Below, piece by piece: positions 1-13,676 of a stretch of DNA of 64,000 bases. A program made the position numbers and the translations under genes. Numbering within the stretch: position 1 is the first letter of the stretch; each line of letters begins with the position of its first letter. Under the pieces are notes generated by a model. The model was given only the letters and a program-made list of their open reading frames with translations. It searched no databases and was not told where the DNA came from. This stretch comes from the human T2T-CHM13v2.0 reference genome, Homo sapiens: assembly GCF_009914755.1 (NCBI RefSeq), contig NC_060930.1, one strand, 5' to 3'.

Positions 1-644
1 GTGTCCAGGGATGTGTGTTTAAGCATGTGTATGTGCCAATATTTATTTAATACATATAGAAGCACGTGTGTTTAGAGGTTGTGTGTGTGAATACAAGTCT
101 TGGTATTTTTGGTCCACACCCAGCAAATGGTGAAGAAGGAAAGTTTCCCTCTGCTGCTGTCTTACCTCCTGTTTGAGGTAGACACACAAAGGGCCAGATC
201 TTGGGTCCCGCTTGCCTCCTAACCACCCGCCCAGCTTTAATCTCCACGTCTTCTCTTCTTCCTGGCAGCTGCTACCCTCTTCCCTGAGTGTTCCTGGGGT
301 GGCTACTGCTTTTGGCTGCCTGGCACAATTTCCCTCTCTCCTAGCCCCAGGCAGAGTGACTGGTTCTGGGTTAGGTGTGTGGCCAGGGCCAGACCACTCA
401 GACACCTTCCCCAGGATTTTGCTGCTGGAGCAAGCAGGGAAGTGGAGCGCACCTTCCCTTTGGGGTGATAGACACAGGAAGGGGTGAGATGTGCAGCTGT
501 CCTTGCCATGGAGGGATGAGTGGCCAGGCCGAAAGAAGCAGAGCTGAGAGAAAGGAACAAGATGTTTTAGATCCAGTGCCACCTGGTCTCAATAATGACA
601 TGGGCCAGTGTGTTTGCTTGCTCTCCAAGGCTGTGGTGGACTTG

Positions 645-957
645 TCTCTGGGAGGAGGGACAGAAGGGACTTGATCGGGAGGACAGAGGCCCATCCTCTG
701 CTTCCTCCCGAAAAGGCTGCAGAACAGCCTAAAGCCAGGGGGTGGGTCTTTCAGGCCCAGAAAGGGGAGTGTCTCTCTGCCAAGGACCAGGGCAACAGTC
801 CAAAACAGAGACACACAGCCCAGCCCAGGCCTGAGTGGTGGCTGGAGGGTATGGAGGTGTGAGAAGAGACCCCCATAGTCAGAGAGAAGATTCAGAAGCA
901 GTTTCTGGAATGGACTGGGATCCCACCACTGGGGCCGTCCCAAATCTCCCTTAGCCA
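645..957 (+). repeat. Arm A of 313-bp inverted repeat (non-TE sequence)
   Basis: Reverse complement of 2141-2453 with 3 mismatches (arm A positions 676, 797, 866) by manual alignment. Confidence 0.97.
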
Positions 958-1782
958 AAGTTTGGAGCCCAGCAGCCTGGGCTGCAATCTTGCTAAGTGA
1001 TGTGAGCACCTTATTTAATCCCTGTGCCTCTGTCTCCTCTGTGATGATACTAGTGTAAATTTCACAGCATACTTCTGAGAATTAAATGAACGGATTCACA
1101 TTAGTGCTCAGAACAGTGCCTAGTATATAGTGAGCAGCTGACATCGGCTATTATGATTTCCTAAACCAATGTGAATTGGGTTTTTGTTACTGGCAACTGA
1201 AATGGTCCTGGTTATTAATAATTCTCTCTTCCCAGGCTGATCAGCCAAGAAGCACCTGGTTTCACTACTTCTTTTTCTTCTGGTTCAGAAACAGAAGCAG
1301 AAATCCCCTTTAGATTTTCACCGAGTCTTTTGTCCTTCAATGGTAACTTTTACAGAGGGCGGTAAAACAACGCAATGGGAATTCCACTCAAGCAGAAACA
1401 ACTGCAGAAAGCCTGGGTTGGGGCTTTCTGGGACTTCTATTAGGTGAGAATGTCCCAGGCCAGCTCTCCCCTACCCCTCCCAACCTGGGGTGGTTCTAGG
1501 AGGGTGCTGGGGGTCAGGCAGGCCTGGGTGGGAATCCTGGCACTTCTGACTGGCTGTGGGACCCCATGTAAACATACAATCTTATAGAGCCTCAGTTTTC
1601 TAATCTATAAAATGGGACTAATAATAATAATAGCTGCTCCATGAGATTTTTCATGACATTGAAGTTAATCTGTATAAAGCTTTCGTCACTGGCACATACT
1701 GAAGTTCTCCATAGATGCTGTGGTTGCTAAATCATCCTGGTAAGAGACTCCTCTAGTACGTGCTTTAGAAAGCAGCTCTTCT

Positions 1783-2104
<322 letters not shown>

Positions 2105-2140
2105 CTACCTGGGCTGAATGTGAGCTTCAGTTCCTCAAAC

Positions 2141-2453
2141 TGGCTAAGGGAGATTTGGGACGGCCCCAGTGGTGGGATCCCAGTCCATTCCAGAAACTGC
2201 TTCTGAATCTTCTCTCTGACTATGGGGGTCTTTTCTCACACCTCCATACCCTCCAGCCACCACTCAGGCCTGGGCTGGGCTGTGTGTCTCTGTTTTGGAC
2301 CGTTGCCCTGGTCCTTGGCAGAGAGACACTCCCCTTTCTGGGCCTGAAAGACCCACCCCCTGGCTTTAGGCTGTTCTGCAGCCTTTTCGGGAGGAAGCAG
2401 AGGATGGGCCTCTGTCCTCCCAATCAAGTCCCTTCTGTCCCTCCTCCCAGAGA
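2141..2453 (-). repeat. Arm B of 313-bp inverted repeat
   Basis: Reverse complement of 645-957; also explains the shared peptide in ORFs 398..1009(-) and 1984..2688(+). Confidence 0.97.
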
Positions 2454-2596
2454 GCCCTCCACTGCCCCCACACCCCCACCCGCCTCCTCCTCAGCCGGCC
2501 TCCAACTCTCACCTCCCTTTCCTCCAGTGTGTCTGCATTCCTTTTCCTGTGTCAAAATCTACTCAAATACTTCCTATCCTAAAAAAGTTCTCCCTC

Positions 2597-2773
2597 GCCA
2601 GGCACAGTGGCTTGCACCTATAATCTCAGCTACTTGGGAGGCTGAGGCAGGAGGCTCGCTTGGGCCCAGGCGTTTGAGGCTACAGTGAGCTATGATTATG
2701 ATTGTGCCACTGCACTCCAGCCTGGGCAACATAGTGAGATCCTGTCTCTAACAAAACAAACAAAACAAAAAAC
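2597..2773 (+). mobile_element. Alu monomer (FRAM/FAM-like) with (CAAAA)n tail
   Basis: Single right-arm-like Alu monomer. Confidence 0.85.
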
Positions 2774-3379
2774 ACTCTCCCTGGGTCCCAGGCATCCAAG
2801 TCTTCATATCCTCTCCTGTCTGTCCTATTCTGAGTTCTCAACAGCAAAGCTTCTGTGACCTCCAAGCCCTGAATATGCTCTTGATAAGCTGCCAATGACT
2901 AGGCAGGCTTCTCTGTCTTGGAATCCTCCTCCACCAGCACTGTGCTCCCAGGCCGACCTCTGTGACCAGCATGGCCCAGGCTCCCTGTGCCAGGGAGGGC
3001 CAACAAAGGGAGAGCCTCACAGAAGATCAGAGAGAGGAGAGTGAAGCCAAGATCTTTATTTTCCTGATGTGCTCCCTGCAGGACTTCAGGGGGCTGGCTC
3101 TTTGCTGTGTCTCTCCACACAAGGTTACAGCTCCCGTCCAGCAGGCCCTCCCCATGGCTCTGTCCATGTCCCTTTGGGCCCAGCTCCCCTGTTCCAAGCC
3201 CTGGGGCTTCAGCATCTCCTGCTGATGTCCCTGCACCCTGCCCACACCTTTGCACCTGGCCTAAACCTTCATTAAACTCTCTTTGAATCACTCAGTTTAA
3301 ATATACCTTGAGTTTACTGCCAGACTGGAATTGTTAATAGAGGGTCCAGCACCAAATCCGTGGGAAACACCTGTGTTTT

Positions 3380-4280
3380 TCTCATTGGTGCTTTCTGCTG
3401 TATCTGATCGGCCTCCCTCCTTCAAGAGCCCCTCTATCCTGACCCCACCGCGACACAGTGCTCCACCAGCTTCCTTCTCTCTCTGACAGTTCCTTCTTCG
3501 TCTTTCTCTGACCTAGGCCCTTGCTCTATTCTCTCTCCTGGGCAGTCGCCTCTATAGCCCTTGGGATTTCCGCCACTGTGTACATTGCTAGTCCAGCCTT
3601 CACCTGTGGAGCTCAGGACAGAATATTCAATTACCTCCTGGAAGTCGATATGGACACCCTCAGGTACCTCAAACGCAGCGTGTTCCAAACTGGGCTTCTT
3701 CCCCTAAGCCTGCTCCTCCTCCCATGTAACCTTTCAGAGGGTGGCACTGCAGTTCACCCACACCCAGGCCAGGTACCCAGAAGTCGGCCTTGACTGTGAT
3801 TTTGCTCACTCTGTCTTCATCCTTTTGGGTGCTGATGCTTGGATGTCCAGAATATTTATTGACTCTCCCTTTCCCCCAACCCAATCCTTACTACTCTGAC
3901 ATGGTTGGTTCCCCATCATCCCACCCCGTGTTCCCCTCCCTGGACTGTGGCAGAAGCTTCCTAACTGACATCCCAGTCTCTGATACCCACTCCAATACAT
4001 CTCCACATTACAAATCTGAACTGGTGACTCCCCTGCTCAAAACTCTTCAGTGGCTCCCTGTTGCAAGCTTGTTGGATGGTGAACAAGACGCTATGATCTG
4101 AGCCCTGCCTCTTTCTCTTGCACCTTCGCCCTGGGACTATAGAGCTGTCTCCACTCCCCTCACACTCCGTGCCTCTCTGCCTTTGCTACACTGTCCCTTC
4201 TGCTTGGAATTCTCTCTCTGCCCCCTCCAACCACTGGCCAATCCTGGACAACTTTCACTGCTTCTTAAAGTGGTGTCACT
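3380..4280 (+). mobile_element. L2 fragment (approximate)
   Basis: L2-typical text such as cctgctcaaaactcttcagtggctccc. Confidence 0.6.
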
Positions 4281-4799
4281 TCTTCCGGACAGAGGCACAG
4301 TAGCCAGGTTTTATTTTTTGTTTGTTTGTTTTTAATCTCAAGGGGAATCCGGTATGTGAAGCAGAGGACGGGACTTGGCCATTGTTTGGAGGGGAATCCG
4401 GTACCTAAAAAACACCCCCTCCCCACAACACTTACACTACCTTCTCTGCATGCCTTGCGTTCCTCCTTCCTTGCTGTTTTCCCTAACTCTTCAGGACTGA
4501 GAATCCCCTGGGTCTGATGGTGGCTACAGCCTTGCAGCTGCCAGACTGGTGTGCTGAGCTAGTCACTTCACCTCTCTGTGCCTCTCTGGCTGGGCTATCT
4601 GATTTTCTGTTTCCAGAGGCCCTGGGGTAGGGTAATAAGTGGTTACTAAAAAGAACTGTGAAGGCAAATCTCTGAGGCAGCAGCGCCTGTCTCCGTTGGA
4701 GGGCTTGAGTCTGTGTGTCTGGCTTCCAGTGGACACAATGAAACCTTGGGCTTAAGCAAGAGATCTTTTGTTCCTGTCGTGACAGCTCCACCTCCAGAC

Positions 4800-5710
4800 C
4801 CCAGCCCTCCCTGAGGCTGCTGCTGCCGGGGCTTGTGCTCCTGCTGTCTCCTCCGCAGCTGTGCGCCACCTGCCTGGGAGATGGAGCTGAGCTGGAGCTG
4901 AGGGAGGGGTGCATCTGCCTATGGCGGGGGCTGGGGAGGGGCTGCCGAGCTGTGTCAGGCTGCGACAGGCCCCTCACCCCAGCTGGGCTGGGCAGGTCCC
5001 TTGGAGGGCTGCTGGGAGCAGCAGCAGCTTCCTCTGAGAGAGGGTCTTATCTGCTCCAGCACCCGCCACCCCGCCCAGCCCCCATGCTTCCAGGAGTTAG
5101 CCTTGCCCTTTCCAGAATAATAGCTTCCCTCCCCGTCTCTCCGCTCCATACCAGCTGGCTCTGGAAAGAAGCTGGCGTCGGGAAGACCCTGAGGATTGGG
5201 GGCGGTGGGTGGTGACAGGGAAACGATTTAAAACAGGGCAAGAGGGACAAGCAGAGGGAGTGACGGAGAAGGCGCACACTGGCTCCTGCAGCTCTGGGAG
5301 GCGGCCGGGCTTCAAAGACTTGCTCCGATGCTAGGCAAAGCAGCCCAGCAAGAAGCCTTTTTTCTGCCCTTCCTTGGGGAGCAGTTTTCAACCAGGGACT
5401 TTATTTAGGAAGGGAAAGAGAGAAGGGGAGTGGGGAGGGGTCACGTGGGCTCCGCTGTCATGGAAACAAACTCTAGGAGGGTGCCGGACAGGCTGCAGCC
5501 TGCACCCCCTCCTCGCCCCTCTGCGCCATGCCCCGGCTGTGGGCGCCCCCGCGCGGCCACCATCAGAGCAGCACGCCACCGCCCCGGCTGCACCCAGGGG
5601 CCTGGAAGCCCAGCCCTGGGCAGAGGGAGGTCAGGGAAGTGAGGACCCTGATCAATGGGCCCAGCCATTCCTCATCTCTCCACACATCCATCACCCATCC
5701 ACGCACCGGG
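4800..5710. promoter_or_regulatory. GC/CpG-enriched promoter- or enhancer-like segment
   Basis: Local CpG excess; GC boxes; E-box GTCACGTG at 5440-5447; X-box-like GCTGTCATGGAAAC at 5454-5467; CTCF-like motif at 4863-4876; free of recognisable repeats. Confidence 0.55.
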
Positions 5711-6562
5711 GCTCCTTCAGCTTACCCCCTCCATCCTGCCACCTACCAGGGACACTGTCAGTGGTCAGTGGAAGCCTCTGGGTGTCCATCCATTGACGGT
5801 TACTTTTCCTCTAGCCCCTTGTGCCCAGGAACCCCTCTTGGCGTACATCCCTCTGTCTTATCTCATTAGGTGCCTGTCCTGCCTCTCCTCTCCTTGCCTA
5901 TTTAGTAGCGATGCATCTATCAGAACTCCGGAATCAGTCCTTCCAGCTGCCCCTGTGTCTGTTGTCTCTGAAACTCTCTCCCTCCATCAATCTATATGTA
6001 CCTACCCATCTATTACTCTGGCAGCCACCTATACATCATGCGGGCCCCATTATCCATCATTTATCTGCATATGTATCATTCATGCTTCCACCTATCTATT
6101 ATCCATAACCTCTCTTGCAGCCTCTTTGATGTCCTGCACTCTGCCATCAGGGTTAACGCTGTCAGGCCTGCTTTCCCCAGCCCCAGAGAACAAAGAGACC
6201 AAAGGGACGTGGAAGGAACAGAGAGGCCACTGGGGGATGGTTAAGAGAGCTAGGGGCTCAGAGTTGAAAAGAGAGTGGAAAGACCCAGAGATGTGTCAGA
6301 TGAAGCTGTTTTGCTGAGAATTCCATTCATTATCTCATTGTCCCTCTTCCCCCACCTCCCAAAAGATCAAGAGGACCTGAGTTTGATTTGCAGCAGGAGA
6401 GACACAAGTGGTACTTGTTGGCCGAAAAGGTGGTGCTCTTTGGAGGAAAGGCTGCTTGTGGCTGCAGTGTCTGTATGGAGATGGTCCAGGCTTAGCGAGT
6501 CATGGGGCCAGGTAAAGATGGAGATGGAGCTGTAGACTGAGGCCAAGAGGGCCCCCACCACC

Positions 6563-6567
6563 ATGTG

Positions 6568-6612
<45 letters not shown>

Positions 6613-6640
6613 TTCCGTGCGCGCTCATGCACGCATGCAT
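6563..6640. repeat. (CA)n microsatellite with alternating purine-pyrimidine flanks
   Basis: atgtgcacacgcgcgcacaca...catacac. Confidence 0.95.
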
Positions 6641-8434
6641 TTCTGGGATCACAGAAATTTGCAGTCAGAAACGCTTTCCTTTGACTGAGGAATTCTTACT
6701 TAGCCACGGCAGCACAAATCCCTTGTGGGGTTGGTGTCTCATGTTGCTTTTCTAAGCATCACTCCTCATGTTGTTGCTGATATTGTATAGTTTCCCCTGA
6801 GCATGGTTTCCTGGAGGAACTGGTAGACCGTGGCTCCTTTGTGCCTCTGGTTTCCCCACATCCCGTTTCCTGAGTGGAAACCTCTCTCCACGGCCCCCTT
6901 CTCTCCCCATGCCCTGCTCATGCTCGCACAAAAGCAGAAGGGCCTGGGGACACACTGGGCATGGCTCTGTCGTGTCCATTTCTGTATCCCAATTATTAGC
7001 ACAACAGCCAGCAGGAAGGAGGCCTTGTATGAGGCCAGATACAGGGCGGAAACTTCACTCACAGTTCTGCCCTGTCCAAAAGAGACCCGGCAGGGGTCAG
7101 ATAGCTCCAGCAGTGCCACCTTATCCTCAGGGCACTGCCCTTAGCTCCAGACTCCTGAATGGGCCTATGAAAGATGCTGTCACTTTTGCAACTTTCCTCA
7201 AAGGTTCTGGGCAAGGGGACACCTCAGGGCTGTGTTTCCAGGGGAGGCTGATGTGAGGGCCAGGTATTCTGGGGATGGTTTCTCAGCCCACTAACTTCAG
7301 ACAAGGAGGAGAACACACCTGTTCTTCCTACTGGACAGGAAACCAAACAACTCTGCTTCCTAAGTTGCCTTGGTTTCTGGGGTTACTGGCATCCGAGTTT
7401 GCCAGGAGTGGAAGGCCTGGGACAGGAGAGGCAGGGGCTGGCAGGCCTCCCTCTTCACAGCTCCAAGGGTTAAAAAGCACTTAGCAGCAGCATATAATAA
7501 AAGCAAATGTAAGAGAAAGAATATCCTAAGGATTTAATAAACTGCAAACAAAATTATCACGATTCTTTTCCTAGCCAGTTGAGTTTTCAGTGATTAAGAA
7601 AATACAATTTCCTGTAATTAAATCTTAACAAGAAATGTTATTAAAAACACTCTGTCCCAGCTCCTGTCATAATTGCATGCTCCCCTAGAACAGTAAACAG
7701 AATTAGACTTTGCAGCGTACATGCTAATCCATGTGTCATTTTGATCAAATTTGTACTAATAACCTGTCTTCTTATTCTGAGATGAGGAAGGCAGGGAAGA
7801 GGGAGCCAGGCCCAGAGGGCAAAACTGAGCCCTGGCTGGGGAGTGGGAGCTGCGAGTGTTGGGTTTGGCCCCCAGGATGATAAGTGTTGAACTTACTGAG
7901 CACATATGCACACTGGGCTCTGTGCTAAACAGGTTACACATATAACTTCACATATTCCTTACACAACCTCACATAATGTTGTTATGCTCATTTTACAGAC
8001 GAGAAGACTGAGGCTCAGAGAGGTTTGGTAACTTGCCCAAGGTCACTCAGAGTCATCTAGATCTAAGGCCCCAGAGTGTGGCTATGGGGCTATTCTAGGG
8101 CACGGGCTGTCAGGTGAGAACATTCTCTGTCCTGGAGAACTGGACTGGCCTGACGGTAGCTGGCAGGAAGAACTTCCCTCTGCCAGGATGTGCTGGCCAC
8201 AGAAGCAAGGGAGACTGTGGCATCCACTTTGAGAAGTTTCTTTTCCTTTGAAAAAAGCCACAGGGTGGGAGAGGACATTGTGGAGGGGCTGAGGGTGAGA
8301 GCAGAGGGCTGGGGTTTGTATGGTGCAGGGTTCTGTTCATGGCCCTGGGGTAGACCTGAGATGAGCATTCTAGCACAGTTAAGAGGGATCGGCGTGGGTG
8401 TGGAGCCCTGGAGTTCAAAACTGCTGCCCCCACA

Positions 8435-8800
8435 CATGCGTGTGTATGTCAGTGTGTGTGTGAATGTATGTGAGTGCATGAGTATATGTGTGAGCATGTA
8501 GGCAAGTGTGTGAGTTCACCACTGACCCTGTGTATGAGTGTGTAAGTGCATGAATGTGTGTGAGTCATTGTGAGCATGTGTGTGAATGCAGGCATAGGAG
8601 TGTGTGAATGTGTCTGTGACTGAGTGTGTATGTGAGCACATAACTGGGTGATGTGGTTGTATGCGGATGTCTGTGTGAGTGTGTGACTATGTGTAAAGGT
8701 GTGAGAGTGGAAGTGTATGAATTGGGTACATGTCAATGTGTGCATGTGCATGAGTGTGTGACTATAAGGGTGAGCATGTGAGCATGGATGTTAGCATGGG
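8435..8800. repeat. Degenerate (TG)-rich simple repeat
   Basis: Long imperfect tgtgtg/tgag tract. Confidence 0.9.
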
Positions 8801-10474
8801 TGTGCCCCTGGAGCCCCAGTCTGCTGGCGCTGATGGAGGGGCAGAGCCAGGCCAGCATGCGGGCCCTGGCTGTTTTCCTACTCACAGCAGCCCCCTCCCC
8901 ACAGCTTCATTCCCTGCGGAAAGTGAGCCTGAAATTATCCTCAGCTCGCACGCTCCTGCACGCACACAGGCGCCAGTGCCTCCATCTCCCACTCCCGGTC
9001 CACTAATTAGCTCTTCTAATTAAATCCCTGCTGGGTTGGACAGGGAGGGCCTTCTCTTTTCCGGATCCTCTGAGGACCAGGTCATGCTGACCTAGAAGGC
9101 TCCACCCACTATCCCCATTCCCATTCCACAGCCCCTGCTCCTGCTCAGAGGAGCCTGGATCCAGGGAAGAGACAGAGGAGGAGGGGACCCCTATGGGTAG
9201 GAGTCCTGTTCAGCAAACACAAAACACCTACTATGTGCCCAGTACTGTGCAAAGCTTTCTGGGGAAGGAGGTGGAGATGACAAATGGGCAAGACCCAGGG
9301 GCTCCCCATTCTGAGCTTCCTTCTCCCAATCACTCTGGCTCCGAACCTTGATCTCATCCTCCACTCTTGTCCCTTCTGGTACCCCCAGGCAGCAACCTGC
9401 CGCCTCCACCTTATCTCCTCGCTTCTCTACAGAGAGTTCCTCTTTGACCAGACGGCCTATGCATTGGGCCAGCTGAGCCCTAGATCATTCCTCCTTTATC
9501 AAAGTTTTAATCCTCTCTGAGGTCCCGTGCACTCACCTCGCAGCTCTCTTGGGAGCCCTTCCTGACTGCTGCGTTTCCTCCCGTCTGCTGGGGCCAGCTC
9601 CGGGCCTTGGCGTATGCCGCCTGCTTCCCTTTTTATAGGCTCCACCTGCCTCACTAAACATCTTTAAGCCTCTGAAATCAGAGGCCGTGTCTTGTGCCTC
9701 TTAACCCTTTACTGAGCCCAGCACATTGTGAGTACTCTAAGAATGTCTACGGAGTGACTGACGAACCAGGAAGATGGAGGAGATGGGTTCCTGCACTCCC
9801 TGTGCTCGCCCCTGGAGAGCTCCTGTGATATGGAAGAGAATCCCAGGCTCCTGGATCTCAGCGTGGACAAGACTTAGCTGTCACCTTGTCTAACTTCTCC
9901 CTTCGAGCAGAGCCTGCCACGGGAATTCTTTGCAAGTGACTTATTGTCTCTCAGTGTGCCTCTTATTGTGTAAGAGTGAAGGGGTCAGGATAGGCCGGGG
10001 GCAAGCTGAGCGAGGACGAGGCCTGAGCCGGCGGGAGGCTCTGGACCATGGACAGCATCACAGAGTCGGCCCCTGGAGGCAAGAGGGCGGCTTCTTATTC
10101 CCCGCATCAGGCAGTCACCGGCTGCCAGGAGCCGGGGTCGGGGAGGAGCGGAGCCTCTCCAGAATCAGGGCAAGGTGGCTGAGAGCAGTTCTCTAGAAAA
10201 GGGGGCTGCTGTGAGCTGTTAGCAGCAGATGCCGATTTTGGGGCCTGGTAAGGGGGTGTGGGCGAGCCCCAAGAGCATCCACCACATCCCCACCCAGAAT
10301 GTACTTTGTACTAGTCGTGGTTCCTGAGCCTGTCCGAGAAGAGCGGGGAAGAAGGATAGAAGGGTCTCTTGTCTTCAGTGCCAGCCCATGGGGCACCACA
10401 AGATGCCACTCAGGAGAGGTTTCGCCTCAATCTTGCACTGAATTATCATCTGTCAAATGCGTGAACACATCCTG

Positions 10475-10839
10475 TGGCTTAGTCTGTAAGGCTGCTATAA
10501 TAAAAATCCCATAAACTGGGTAGCTCAATAAGCAACAGAAATTTATTTCTCACAGTCTTGGATGCTGGGAAGTTCAAGATTAAGGCGCCAGCAAATTTGA
10601 TGTCTGGTGAGGGCCCTCTTCCTCATAGATGGCACCTTCTAGCTATGTCCCCAACTGGAAGAAGGGGCTAGCTAGCTCTCTGGGGTCTCTTTTATAAGGG
10701 TACTAATCCCATTTATAAGCGCTCTGCCCTCATGAGCTAATCATCTTCCAAAGACCCCCCCCCTTCTAATACTATCACACTGGCGATTAGCTCTCGACGT
10801 ATGAATTTAGGGGGGCATACAGACATTCAGACCATAGCA
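10475..10839 (-). mobile_element. MaLR solo LTR (MLT1A-like)
   Basis: Starts tggcttagtc, ends cattcagaccatagca; 5-bp TSD tcctg/ccctg. Confidence 0.85.
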
Positions 10840-11409
10840 CCCTGCTTTCATCATGTTGATATTCACATCTGGGTCAATTCTGTCCCATCACATTGCCTGG
10901 CTTCATTTGCCCTCCTCTGACCTTGCATTGGCCCTCATAAAAACGTCCTCCCACCTCCATCCAGCCCCTGCTGCCCTTGCACCATCTGTGCTCACCGTCG
11001 CACCTCCCAGCCTCAGCTGCCAGAGGAAGGGTGGCCCCTGACCCCAAGACAGCCAGTTCAGACCTGTGACCTGAGCACATAGACTAGGCAATTGGGTTTC
11101 CTCTTTTGAGAGTTTGAATGAAGGATTCCAGAGGAAAGTTGCTGATGGTGGCAGGCTTTGCCCTGACACAGGCTGAGAAGGGCTGGAGACGCTGAAGCTT
11201 TGGGGAGGAGAGGCCATGAGTAGGCAGAGTGGAGAGAAGCAATGCTTGGCCTGAGAGAGGAGATCATGGGGTGCAGAGAGGCTGGTGGGCCAGGGGAGCT
11301 GTTGCCCACCCAGGGTCTCCGCTGGTTCTAGTGCCCTGAGCACAGCTGCAGGACATCCCTCGGTCCCTGTGAGATGCCCGGAACTTCCTGGAAGAAAGGA
11401 ACAAAACTT

Positions 11410-11976
<567 letters not shown>

Positions 11977-12230
11977 TGCCAGGTACTTCTTATATGATGC
12001 CCAGAACAAAACACAACGTGTGAGCTGGGTTCTTACCACATAGGGACTATCACCTACTTTGGTCCAGCAGTTTTATTTCTTTTAATATAATCTAACATTG
12101 AGCAAGCTTTTATGCCTATCATATCAAATGGTTAGCAACATCGAATTTATGATCAGTTCAAATCAGGTCTTTTTCACACAAAATTGTGTTGCACCTTATA
12201 TCCTCACCCCTTTCTGTTTCTGTTTTTCCA

Positions 12231-12392
12231 TTTTTTGTTTGTTTTTGTGTCAGGGTCTTGCTCTGTCACCCAGGCTGGGGTGCAGCAGCATAATCATAGC
12301 TTACTGCATCCTCAAACCCCTGGGCTCCAGCGATCTACCCGCCTCAGCCCCCAAGTAGCTGGGTGTGCAGGTGCCCGCCACCATGCCTGGCT
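12231..12392 (-). mobile_element. Alu monomer/partial AluJ
   Basis: Antisense right-arm Alu. Confidence 0.8.
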
Positions 12393-13011
12393 CTGTTTCC
12401 GAATGTATGCAGATATTGAACACAAGATTATTTTTTTCCCAATCTTTTTCATCTTTTTATGCTACAGCCTGTCAAGTCTTTTCAAAACCAGAACGTGCCA
12501 GCTCTCAGTCACTAGTTGGACAACCACCCTTAAATAAGACATTGTGTATCTAAGGGATGTGATGAACCGCGGTGCAATTTTGAAAAAAAAATGTGTCCCA
12601 CAGTCTCTTTTAAATTTATTCAGTGGGGATTATCTTTCCTTGACCTAACTGAAAACATCAGCAGGCCGAAGACTTTTCTACTCTCTCCCGCATAAGTGAT
12701 GATTCTGCAGTCACTTAAAAAAACAAACAAACAAACAAAAAACAAAAAAAACCCCAGCTTTATTGAGATATAATTCACATACCATAAAATCTGCCATTTT
12801 AAAATGCGCAATTCAGTGTTGTTTTAGTGTATTCGAAGAGTCATGCGACCATTACTACAATCAGTTTTAGAACATTTTCATCACCCCAAAAAGAAACTCT
12901 ATACACATTAGCAGTCCCTCCCCATCCCCCCATCCCCCACCACTCCCTGGCCCTAGGCAATTCATTCAGCTACTTTCTGTCTTTAGAGATTTGCCTTCTC
13001 TGGACTTTTCA

Positions 13012-13676
<665 letters not shown>

